64,000 nt of DNA. Source: Eledone cirrhosa (lineage: Eukaryota). Below are positions 34,701 through 46,700 of this stretch, piece after piece. The stretch's first letter is position 1; each line of letters opens with the position of its first letter. Location of the stretch: contig OZ024741.1 of the NCBI GenBank assembly GCA_964016885.1, positions 36,890,001-36,954,000 on the forward strand, written 5' to 3'. The notes beneath the pieces are model-generated. The model was given only the letters and a program-made list of their open reading frames with translations. It was not told the DNA's origin and did not search any database. The position numbers and the translations under genes are program-made.

Positions 34701-37700
34701 GTGGTGGTCATTGTTGTTGTGGCGTTGGTGGTCATTGTTGTTGTGGTGGTTGTGGTGGTGGTCATTGTTGTTGTGGTGGTGGTGTTCATTGTTGTTGTGG
34801 TGGTTGTGGTGGTGGTCATTGTTGTTGTGGTGTTGGTGGTCATTATTGTTGTGGTGGTTGTGGTGGTGCTCATTGTTGTTGTGGTGGTGGTCATTGTTGT
34901 TGTGGTGTTGGTGGTCAATGTTGTTGTGGTGTTTGTGGTGGTGGTCATTGTTGTTGTGGTGGTGGTGTTCACTGTTGTTTTGGTGTTGGTGGTCATTGTT
35001 GTTGTGGTGTTTGTGGTGGTGGTCATTGTTGTTGTGGTGGTTGTGGTCATTGTTGTTGTGGTGGTTGTGGTGGTGGTCATTGTTGTCGTGGTGGTTGTGG
35101 TGGTGGTCATTGTTGTTGTGGTGGTGGTGGTCATTGTTGTTTTGGTGTTGGTGGTCATTGTTGTTGTGGTGGTTGTGGTCATTGTTGTTGTGGTGGTTGT
35201 GGTGGTGGTCATTGTTGTTGTGGTGTTGGTGGTCATTGTTGTTGTGGTGGTTGTGGTGGTGGTCATTGTTGTTGTGGTGGTGGTGGTCATTGTTGTTTTG
35301 GTGTTGGTGGTCATTGTTGTTGTGGTGGTTGTGGTGGTGGTCATTTTTGTTGTGGTGGTCATTGTTGTTGTGGTGTTGGTGGTCATTGTTGTTGTGGTGG
35401 ATGTGGTGGTGGTCATTGTTGTTGTGGTGGTAGTGGTGGTGGTCATTGTTGTAGTGGTGGTTGTGGTCGTGGTCATTGTTGTTGTGGTGGTCGTGGTGGT
35501 GGTCATTGTTGTTGTGGTGGTGGTGGTCATTGTTGTTTTGGTGGTTGTGGTGGTGGTCATTGTTGTAGTGGTGGTTGTGGTGGTGGTCATTGTTGTTTTG
35601 GTGGTGGTGGTCATTGTTGTTGTGGTGGTTGTGGTGGTGGTCATTGTTGTTGTGGTGGTGGTGGTCATTGTTATTTTGGTGTTGGTGGTCATTGTTGTTG
35701 TAGTGTTTGTGGTGGTGGTCATTGTTGTTGTGGTGGTAGTGGTGGTGGTCTTTGTTGCAGTGGTGGTTGTGGTGGTGGTCATTGTTGTTTTGGTGGTGGT
35801 GGTCATTGTTGTTGTGGTGGTTGTGGTGGTGGACATTTTTGTTGTGGTGGTGGTGGTCATTGTTGTTTTGGTGTTGGTGGTCATTGTTGTTGTGGTGGTG
35901 GTAGTCATTGTTGTTGTGGTGGTCGTGGTCATTGTTGTTGTGGTGGTGGTGGTGGTGGTCATTGTTGTTGTGGTGGTGGTGGTCATTGTTGTTGTGGTGG
36001 TTGTGGTGTTGGTCATTGTTGTTGTGGTGGTAGTGCTGGTGGTCATTGTTGTAGTGGTGGTTGTGGTGGTGGTCATTGTTGTTGTGGTGGTGGTGGTTGT
36101 GGTCATTGTTGTTGTGGTGGTTGTGGTGGTGGTCATTGTTTTTGTGGTGGTGGTGGTCATTGTTGTTGTGGTGGTGGTGGTCATTGTTGTTGTGGTGGTT
36201 GTGGTCATTGTTGTTGTGGTGTTTGTGGTCATTGTTGTTGTGGTGGTTGTGGTCGTGGTCATTGTTGTTGTGGTGGTGGTGGTCATTGTTGTTGTGGTGG
36301 TTGTGGTCGTGGTCATTGTTGTTGTGGTGGTGGTGTTCATTGTTGTTGTGGTGGTTGTGGTGGTGGTCATTGTTGTTGTGGTGGTGGTGGTCATTGTTGT
36401 TGTGGTGGTGGTGGTCATTGTTGTTGTGGTGGTGGTGGTCATTGTTGTTGTGGTGGTGGTGGTCATTGTTGTTGTGGTGGTGGTGGTCATTGTTGTTGTG
36501 GGGGTTGTGGTCATTGTTGTTGTGGTGGTGGTGGTGGTCATTGTTGTTGTGGTGTTGGTGGTCATTGTTGTTGTGGTGTTGGTGGTCATTGTTGTTTTTG
36601 TGTTGGTGGTCATTGTTGTTGTGGTGGTTGTGGTGGTGGTCATTGTTGTTGTTGTGGTGGTGGTGGTGGTCATTGTTGTTGTAGTGGTTGTGGTGGTGGT
36701 CATTGTTGTTGTAGTGGTTGTGGTGGTGGTCATTTTTGTTGTGGTGGTGGTGGTCATTGTTGTGGTGGTGGTGGTGGTCATTGTTGTTGTGGTGGTGGTG
36801 GTCATTGTTGTTGTGGTGTTGGTGGTCATTGTTGTTGTGGTGTTGGTGGTCATTGTTGTTTTTGTGTTGGTGGTCATTGTTGTTGTGGTGGTTGTGGTGG
36901 TGGTCATTGTTGTTGTTGTGGTGGTGGTGGTGGTCATTGTTTTTGTAGTGGTTGTGGTGGTGGTCATTGTTGTTGTAGTGGTTGTGGTGGTGGTCATTGT
37001 TGTTGTGGTGTTGGCGTTGGTGATCATTGTTGTTGTGGTGGTGGTCATTATTGTTGTGTGGTGGTTGTGGTGGTGGTCATTGTTGTTGTGGTGTTGGTGT
37101 TGGTGGTCATTGTTGTTGTGGTGGTGGTGGTGGTCATTGTTGTTGTGTGGTGGTGGTGGTTATTGTTGTTGTAGTGGTTGTGGTGGTGGTCATTGTTGTT
37201 GTGATGGTGGTGGTCATTGTTGTGTTGGTGGTGGTGGTGGTCATTGTTGTTGTGGGGGTTGTGGTGGTGGTCATTTTTTTGGTGGTGGTTGTGGTGGTGG
37301 TCATTGTTGTTGTGGTGTTGGTGGTCATTGTTGTTGTGGTGGTGGTCATTGTTGTTGTGGTGGTGGTGGTCATTGTTGTGTTGGTGGTGGTGGTCATTGT
37401 TGTTGTGGTGGTTGTGGTGGTGGTCATTGTTGTTGTGGTGGTGGTATTCATTGTTTTTGTGGTGGTTGTGGTGGTGGTCATTGTTGTTGTGGCGTTGGTG
37501 GTCATTGTTGTTGTGGTGGTGGTCATTGTTGTTGTGCTGGTGGTGTTCATTGTTGTTGTGGTGGTTGTGGTGGTGGTCATTGTTGTTGTGGTGTTGGTGG
37601 TCATTATTGTTGTGGTGGTTGTGGAGGTGGTCATTGTTGTTGTGGTGGTGGTGGTCATTGTTGTTGTGGTGTTGGTGGTCATTGTTGTTGTGGTGTTTGT

Positions 37701-40700
37701 GGTGGTGGTCATTGTTGTTGTGGTGGTGGTGGTCATTGTTGTTTTGGTGTTGGTGGTCATTGTTGTTGTGGTGTTTGTGGTGGTGGTCATTGATGTTGTG
37801 GTGGTTGTGGTCATTTTTGTTGTGGTGGTTGTGGTGGTGGTCATTGTTGTTGTGGTGTTGGTGGTCATTGTTGTTGTGGTGTTTGTGGTGGTGGTCATTG
37901 ATGTTGTGGTGGTTGTGGTCATTGTTGTTGTGGTGGTTGTGGTGGTGGTCATTGTTGTTGTGGTGGTTGTGGTGGTGGTCATTGTTGTTGTGGTGGTGGT
38001 GGTCATTGTTGTTTTGGTGTTGGTGGTCATTGTTGTTGTGGTGGTTGTGGTCATTGTTGTTGTGGTGGTTGTGGTGGTGGTCATTGTTGTTGTGGTGGTG
38101 GTAGTCATTGTTGTTGTGGTGGTTGTGGTGGTGGTCATTGTTGTTGTGGTGGTGGTGGTCATTGTTGTTGTGGTGTTGGTGGTCATTGTTGTTGTGGTGG
38201 ATGTGGTGGTGGTCATTGTTGTTGTGGTGGTAGTGGTGGTGGTCATTGTTGTAGTGGTGGTTGTGGTGGTGGTGTTCATTGTTGTTGTGGTGGTTGTGGT
38301 GGTGGTCATTGTTGCTGTGGTGGTGGTGGTCATTGTTGTTGTGGTGGTGGTGGTCATTGTTGTTGTGGGGGTTGTGGTCATTGTTGTTGTGGTGGTGGTG
38401 GTGGTCATTGTTGTTGTGGTGTTGGTGGTCATTGTTGTTGTGGTGTTGGTGGTCATTGTTGTTTTTGTCTTGGTGGTCATTGTTGTATTGGTGGTTGTGG
38501 TGGTGGTCATTGTTGTTGTGGTGGTGGTTGTGGTGGTCATTGTTGTTGTAGTGGTTGTGGGGGTGGTCATTGTTGTTGTGGTGGTGGTCATTGTTGTTGT
38601 GGTGTTGGTGTTGGTGGTCATTGTTGTTGTGGTGGTGGTCATTGTTGTTGTGTGGTGGTTGTGGTGGTGGTCATTGTTGTTGTGGTGTTGGTGTTGGTGG
38701 TCATTGTTGTTGTGGTGGTGGTGGTCATTGTTGTTGTGTGGTGGTTGTGGTGGTGGTCATTGTTGTTGTGTTGGTGGTGGTGGTGGTCATTGTTGTTGTG
38801 GTGGTGGTGGTGGTGGTCATTGTTGTTGTGGTGGTTGTGGTGGTGGTCATTGTTGTTGAGGTGGTGGTGCTGGTGGTGGTGATTGTTGTTGTTGTGGTGG
38901 TGGTGGTGGTCATTGTTGTTGTGGTGGTGGTGGTGATTGTTGTTGTGGTGGTTGTGGTCATTGTTGTTGTTGTGGTGGTGGTGGTGGTCATTGTTGTTGT
39001 GGTGGTTGTGGTGGTCATTGTTGTTGTGGTGGTCGTGGTGGTGGTCATTGTTTTTGTGGTGGTGGTGGTCATTGTTGTTGTGGTGGTTGTGGTCATTGTT
39101 GTTGTTGTGGTGGTGGTGTTGGTCATTGTTGTTGTGCTTGTCGTGGTGGTCATTGTTGTTGTGTTGGTTGTGTTGGTGGTCATTGTTTTTGTGGTGGTGG
39201 TCATTGTTGTTGTGGTGGTGGTGGTCATTGTTGTTGTGGTGGTGGTGGTGATTGTTGTTGTGGTGGTTGTGGTCATTGTTGTTGTTGTGGTGGTGGTGGT
39301 CATTGTTGTTGTGGTGGTGGTGGTGGTCATTGTTGTTGTGGTGTTGGTGGTGATTGTTGTTGTGGTGGTTGTGGTCATTGTTGTTGTTGTGGTGGTGGTG
39401 GTGGTCATTGTTGTTGTGGTGGTGGTCATTGTTGTTGTGGTGGTGGTGGTCATTGTTGTTGTGGTGGTGGTGGTAATTGTTGTTGTGGTGGTTGTGGTGG
39501 TGGTCATTGTTGTTGTGGTGGTGGTCATTGTTGTTGTGGTGGTGGTGGTCATTGTTGTTGTGGTGTTGGTGGTCATTGTTGTTGTGGTGGTGGTCATTGT
39601 TGTTGTGGTAGTTGTGGTGGTGGTCATTGTTGTTGTGGTGGTTGTGGTGGTGGTCATTGTTGTTGTGGTGGTGGTGCTGGTGGTGGTGATTGTTGTTGTT
39701 GTGGTGGTGGTGGTGGTCATTGTTGTTGTGGTGGTGGTGGTCATTGTTGTTGTGGTGGTTGTGGTCATAGTTGTTGTAGTGGTTGTTGTGGTGGTCATTG
39801 TTGTTGTGGTCGTTGTTGTTGTGGTGGTTGTGGTGGTGGTCATTGTTGTTGTGGTGGTTGTGGTGGTGGTCATTGTTGTTGTTGTGGTGGTGGTGGTGGT
39901 CATTGTTGTGGTGGTGGTGGTCATTGTTGTTGTGGTGGTGGTGTTCATTGTTGTTGTGGTGGAGGTCATTGTTGTTGTGGTGGTGGTGGTCATTGTTGTT
40001 GTGGTAGTTGTGGTGGTGGTCATTGTTGTTGTTGTTGTTGTGGTGGTGGTCATTGTTGTTGTTGTGATGGTGGTGGTGGTCATTGTTGTTGTTGTTGTGG
40101 TGGTTGTGGTGGTGGTCATTGTTGTTGTGGTGTTGGTGGCCATTGTTGTTGTTGTGGTGGTGGTGGTGGTGGTCATTGTTGTTGTGGTGGTTGTGGTGGT
40201 GGTCATTGTTATTGTGGTGGTTGTGGTGGTGGTCATTGTTGTAGTGGTGGTGGTGGTCATTGTTGTTGTGGTGGTGGTGGTCAATGTTGTTGTGGTGGTG
40301 GTGGTCATTGTTGTTGTTGTTGTGGTGTTGGTGGTCATTGTTGTTGTGGTGGTGGTGGTCATTGTTGTTGTGGTGGTTGTGGTGGTGGTCATTGTTGTTG
40401 TGGTGGTGGTGGTGGTGGTCATTGTTGTTGTGGTGGTTGTGGTGGTGGTCATTTTTTTGGTGGTGGTGGTGGTGGTGGTCATTGTTGTTGTGGTGTTGGT
40501 GGTCATTGTTGTTGTGGTGGTGGTCATTGTTGTTGTGGTGGTGGTCATTGTTGTTGTGGTGGTGGTGGTCATTGTTGTTGTGGTGGTTGTGGTGGTGGTC
40601 ATTGTTGTTGTGGTGGTGGTCTTCATTGTTGTTGTGGTGGTTGTGGTGGTGGTCATTGTTGTTGTGGCGTTGGTGGTCATTGTTGTTGTGGTGGTTGTGG

Positions 40701-43700
40701 TGGTGGTCATTGTTGTTGTGGTGGTGGTGTTCATTGTTGTTGTGGTGGTTGTGGTGGTATTCATTGTTGTTGTGGTGTTGGTGGTCATTATTGTTGTGGT
40801 GGTTGTGGTGGTGGTCATTGTCGTTGTGGTGGTGGTGGTCATTGTTGTTGTGGTGTTTGTGGTCATTGTTGTTGTGGTGTTTGTGGTGGTGGTCATTGTT
40901 GTTGTGGTGGTGGTGGTCATTGTTGTTTTGGTGTTGGTGGTCATTGTTGTTGTGGTGGTTGTGGTCATTGTTGTTTTGGTGGTTGTGGTGGTAGTCATTG
41001 TTGTTGTGGTGTTGGTGGTCATTGTTGTTGTGGTGGTTGTGGTGGTGGTCATTGTTGTTGCGGTGGTGGTGGTCATTGTTGTTTTGGTGTTGGTGGTCAT
41101 TGTTGTTGTGGTGGTTGTGGTGGTGGTCATTGTTGTTGTGGTGGTGGTGGTCATTGTTGTTGTGGTGTTGGTGGTCATTGTTGTTGTGGTGGATGTGGTG
41201 GTGGTCATTGTTGTTGTGGTGGTAGTGGTGGTGGTCATTGTTGTAGTGGTGGTTGTGGTCGTGGTCATTGTTGTTGTGGTGGTCGTGGTGGTGGTCATTG
41301 TTTTTGTGGTGGTGGTGGTCATTGTTGTTTTGGTGGTTGTGGTGGTGGTCATTGTTGTAGTGGTGTTTGTGGTGGTGGTCATTGTTGTTGTGGTGGTGGT
41401 GGTCATTGTTGTTGTGGTGGTTGTGGTGGTGGTCATTGTTGTTGTGGTGGTGGTGGTCATTGTTTTTTTGGTGTTGGTGGTCATTGTTGTTGTGGTGGTG
41501 GTAGTCATTGTTGTTGTGGTGTTTGTGGTGGTGGTCATTGTTGTAGTGGTGGTAGTGGTGGTGGTCATTGTTGTAGTGGTGGTTGTGGTGGTGGTCATTG
41601 TTGTTGTGGTGGTGGTGGTCATTGTTGTTGTGGTGGTTGTGGTGGTGGTCATTGTTGTTGTGGTGGTGGTGGTCATTGTTTTTTTGGTGTTGGTGGTCAT
41701 TGTTGTTGTGGTGGTGGTAGTCATTGTTGTTGTGGTGGTGGTGGTCATTGTTATTGTGGTGGTGGTGGTGGTGGTGGTCATTGTTGTTGTGGTGGTGGTG
41801 GTCATTGTTGTTGTGGTGGTGGTAGTCATTGTTGTTGTGGTGGTTGTGGTGTTGGTGATTGTTGTTGTGGTGGTAGTGGTGGTGGTCAATTTTGTAGTGG
41901 TGGTTGTGGTGGTGGTCATTGTTGTTGTGGTGGTGGTGGTTGTGGTCATTGTTGTTGTGGTGGTTGTGGTGGTGGTCATTGTTGTTGTGGTGGTGGTGTT
42001 CATTGTTGTTGTGGTGGTTGTGGTGGTGGTCATTGTGGTTGTGGTGGTGGTGGTCATTGTTGTTGTGGTGGTGGTGGTCATTGTTGTTGTGGTGGTGGTG
42101 GTCATTGTTGTTGTTGTGGTGGTGGGGGTCATTGTTGTTGTGGTGGTGGTGGTCATTGTTGTTGTGGTGGTTGTGGTGGTGGTCATTGTTGTTGTGGTGG
42201 TTGTGGTGGTGCTCATTGTTGATGTGGTGGTAGTGGTGGTGGTCATTGTTGTAGTGGTGGTTGTGGTGGTGGTCATTGTTGTTGTGGTGGTGGTGGTTGT
42301 GGTCATTGTTGTTGTGGTGGTTGTGGTGGTGGTCATTGTTTTTGTGGTGGTGGTGGTCATTGTTGTGGTGGTGGTGGTCATTGTTGTTGTGGTGGTTGTG
42401 GTCATTGTTGTTGTGGTGTTTGTGGTCATTGTTCTTGTGGTGGTTGTGGTGGTGGTCATTGTTGTTGTGGTGGTGGTGGTCATCGTTGTTGTGGTGGTTG
42501 TGGTGGTGGTCATTGTTGTTGTGGTGGTGGCGGTCATTGTTGTTGTGGTGGTGGTGTTCATTGTTGTTGTGGTGGTTGTGGTCATTGTTGTTGTGGTGGT
42601 GGTGGTCATTGTTGTTGTGGTGGTGGTGGTCATTGTTGTTGTGGTGGTGGTGGTCATTGTTGTTGTGGGGGTTGTGGTCATTGTTGTTGTGGTGGTGGTG
42701 GTCATTGTTGTTGTGGTGGTGGTGGTCATTGTTGTTGTGGGGGTTGTGGTGGTGGTCATTGTTGTTGTGGTGGTGGTGGTCATTGTTGTTGTGGTGGTTG
42801 TGGTGGTGGTCATTGTTGTTGTGGTGGTGGTGGTCATTGTTGTTGTGGTGGTGGTGGTCATTGTTGTTGTGGTGGTGGTGGTCATTGTTGTTGTGGGGGT
42901 TGTGGTCATTGTTGTTGTTGTGGTGGTGGTGGTCATTGTTGTTGTGGTGTTGGTGGTCATTGTTGTTGTGGTGTTGGTGGTCATTGTTGTTTTGGTGTTG
43001 GTGGTCATTGTTGTTGTGGTGGTTGTGGTGGTGGTCATTGTTGTTGTAGTGGTTGTGGTGGTGGTCATTGTTGTTGTAGTGGTTGTGGTGGTGATCATTG
43101 TTGTTGTGGTGTTGGTGTTGGTGGTCATTGTTGTTGTGGTGGTGGTCATTGTTGTTGTGTGGTGGTTGTGGTGGTGGTCATTGTTGTTGTGGTGTTGGTG
43201 TTGGTGGTCATTGTTGTTGTGGTGGTGGTGGTGGTCATTGTTGTTGTGTGGTGGTTGTGGTGATGGTCATTGTTGTTGTGTTGGTGGTGGTGGTGGTCAT
43301 TATTGTTGTTGTGGTGGTGGTGGTGGTCATTGTTGTTGTTGTGGTGGTGGTGGTGGTGGTCATTCTTGTTGTAGTGGTTGTGGTGGTGGTCATTGTTGTT
43401 GTAGTGGTTGTGGTGGTGGTCATTGTTGTTGTGGTGGTGGTGGTTATTGTTGTTGTAGTGGTGGTGGTCATTGTTGTGGTGGTGGTGGTGGTGGTCATTG
43501 TTGTTGTAGTGGTTGTGGTGGTGGTCATTGTTGTTGTAGTGGTTGTGGTGGTGGTCATTGTTGTTGTGGTGGTTGTGGTCATTTTTGTTGTAGTGGTTGT
43601 TGTTGTGGTGGTTGTGGTGGTGGTCATTGTTGTTGTGGTGGTGGTGGTCATTGTTGTTGTGGTGTTGGTGGTCATTGTTGTTGTGGTGTTTGTGGTGGTG

Positions 43701-46700
43701 GTCATTGTTGTTGTGGTGGTGGTGTTCATTGTTGTTGTGGTGGTTGTGGTGGTGGTCATTGTTGTTGTGGTGGTGGTGGTCATTGTTGTTTTGGTGTTGG
43801 TGGTCATTGTTGTTGTGGTGGTTGTGGTGGTAGTCATTGTTGTTGTGGTGGTGGTGGTCATTGTTGTTGTGGTGTTGGTGGTCATTGTTGTTGTGGTGGA
43901 TGTGGTGGTGGTCGTTGTTGTTGTGGTGGTAGTGGTGGTGGTCATTGTTGTAGTGGTGGTTGTGGTCGTGGTCATTGTTTTTGTGGTGGTCGTGGTGGTG
44001 GTCATTGTTGTTGTGGTGGTGGTGGTCATTGTTGTTGTGGTGGTGGTGGTGGTGGTCATTGTTGTTGTGTGGTGGTTGTGGTAGTGGTCATTCTTGTTGT
44101 GTGGTGGTTGTGGTGGTGGTCATTGTTGTTGTGTTGGTGGTGGTGGTGGTCATTGTTGTTGTGGTGGTGGTGGTGGAGGTCATTGTTGTTGTTGTGGTGG
44201 TGGTGGTGGTGGTCATTGTTGTTGTAGTGGTTGTGGTGGTGGTCATTGTTGTTGTAGTGGTTGTGGTGGTGGTTATTGTTGTTGTAGTGGTGGTGGTCAT
44301 TGTTGTGGTGGTGGTGGTGGTCATTGTTGTTGTAGTGGTTGTGGTGGTGGTCATTGTTGTTGTAGTGGTTGTGGTGGTGGTCATTGTTATTGTGGTGGTT
44401 GTGGTCATTGTTGTTGTAGTGGTTGTTGTTGTGGTGGTTGTGGTGGTGGTCATTGTTGTTGTGGTGGTTGTGGTCATTGTTGTTGTGGTGGTTGTTGTTG
44501 TGGTGGTGGTGGTGGTCATTGTTGTTGCGGTGCTGGTGGTCATTGTTGTTGTTGTGGTGGTGGTGGTGGTCATTGTTGTTGTGGTGGTGGTGGTCATTGT
44601 TTTTGTGGTGGTTGTGGTGGTGGTCATTGTTGTTGTGGTGGTGGTGGTCATTGTTGTTGTGGTGGTTGTGGTGGTGGTCATTGTTGTTGTGGTGGTGGTG
44701 GTCATTATTGTTGTGGTGGTTGTGGTGGTGGTCATTGTTGTTGTGGTGGTTGTGGTGGTGGTCATTGTTGTTGTGGTGTTGGTGGTCATTGTTGTTGAGG
44801 TGGTGGTGGTGGTCATTGTTGTTGTGGTGTTGGTGGTCATTGTTGTTGTGGTGGTGGTGGTCATCGTTGTTGTGGTGGTGCTGGTCATCGTTGTTGTGGT
44901 GGTGGTGGTGGCGGTCATTTTTGTTGTGGTGGTTGTGGTGGTGGTCATTCTTGTTGTGGTGTTGGTGGTCATTGTTGTTGTGGTGGTGGTGGTGGTGGTC
45001 ATTGTTGTTGTGGTGGTGGTGGTGGTCATTGTTGTTGTGGTGTTGGTGGTCATTGTTGTTGTGGTGGTGGTGGTGGTGGTCACTGTTGTTGTGGTGGTGG
45101 TGTTGGTGGTCATTGTTGTTGTGGTGGTGGTGGTGGTGGTCATTGTTGTTGTGGTGTTGGTGGTCATTGTTGTTGTGGTGGTGGTGGTGGTGGTGGTCAT
45201 TGTTGTTGTGGTGGTGGTGGTGGTGGTCATTGTTGTTGTGGTGGTTGTGGTGGTGGTCATTGTTGTTGTGGTGTTTGTGGTCATTGTTGTTGTGGTGTTT
45301 GTGGTGGTGGTCATTGTTGTTGTGGTGGTGGTGGTCATTGTTGTTTTGGTGTTGGTGGTCATTGTTGTTGTGGTGGTTGTGGTCATTGTTGTTTTGGTGG
45401 TTGTGGTGGTAGTCATTGTTGTTGTGGTGTTGGTGGTCATTGTTGTTGTGGTGGTTGTGGTGGTGGTCATTGTTGTTGCGGTGCTGGTGGTCATTGTTGT
45501 TTTGGTGTTGGTGGTCATTGTTGTTGTGGTGGTTGTGGTGGTGGTCATTGTTGTTGTGGTGGTGGTGGTCATTGTTGTTGTGGTGTTGGTGGTCATTGTT
45601 GTTGTGGTGGATGTGGTGGTGGTCATTGTTGTTGTGGTGGTAGTGGTGGTGGTCATTGTTGTAGTGGTGGTTGTGGTCGTGGTCATTGTTGTTGTGGTGG
45701 TCGTGGTGGTGGTCATTGTTTTTGTGGTGGTGGTGGTCATTGTTGTTTTGGTGGTTGTGGTGGTGGTCATTGTTGTAGTGGTGTTTGTGGTGGTGGTCAT
45801 TTTGTTGTGGTGGTGGTGGTCATTGTTGTTTTGGTGTTGGTGGTCATTGTTGTTGTGGTGTTTGTGGTGGTGGTCATTGTTGTAGTGGTGGTAGTGGTGG
45901 TGGTCATTGTTGTAGTGGTGGTTGTGGTGGTGGTCATTGTTGTTGTGGTGGTGGTGGTCATTGTTGTTGTGGTGGTTGTGGTGGTGGTCATTGTTGTTGT
46001 GGTGGTGGTGGTCATTGTTTTTTTGGTGTTGGTGGTCATTGTTGTTGTGGTGGTGGTAGTCATTGTTGTTGTGGTGGTGGTGGTCATTGTTATTGTGGTG
46101 GTGGTGGTGGTGGTGGTCATTGTTGTTGTGGTGGTGGTGGTCATTGTTGTTTTGGTGGTGGTGGTGGTGGTCATTGTTCTTTTGGTGTTGGTGGTCATTG
46201 CTGTTGTGGTGTTGGTGGTCATTGTTGTTGTGGTGGTTGTGGTGTTGGTCATTGTTGTTGTGGTGGTAGTGGTGGTGGTCATTGTTGTAGTGGTGGTTGT
46301 GGTGGTGGTCATTGTTGTTGTGGTGGTGGTGGTTGTGGTCATTGTTGTTGTGGTGGTTGTGGTGGTGGTCATTGTTGTTGTGGTGGTGGTGTTCATTGTT
46401 GTTGTGGTGGTTGTGGTGGTGGTCATTGTGGTTGTGGTGGTGGTGGTCATTGTTGTTGTGGTGGTGGTGGTCATTGTTGTTGTGGTGGTGGTGGTCATTG
46501 TTGTTGTTGTGGTGGTGGGGGTCATTGTTGTTGTGGTGGTGGTGGTCATTGTTGTTGTGGTGGTTGTGGTGGTGGTCATTGTTGTTGTGGTGGTTGTGGT
46601 GGTGCTCATTGTTGATGTGGTGGTAGTGGTGGTGGTCATTGTTGTAGTGGTGGTTGTGGTGGTGGTCATTGTTGTTGTGGTGGTGGTGGTTGTGGTCATT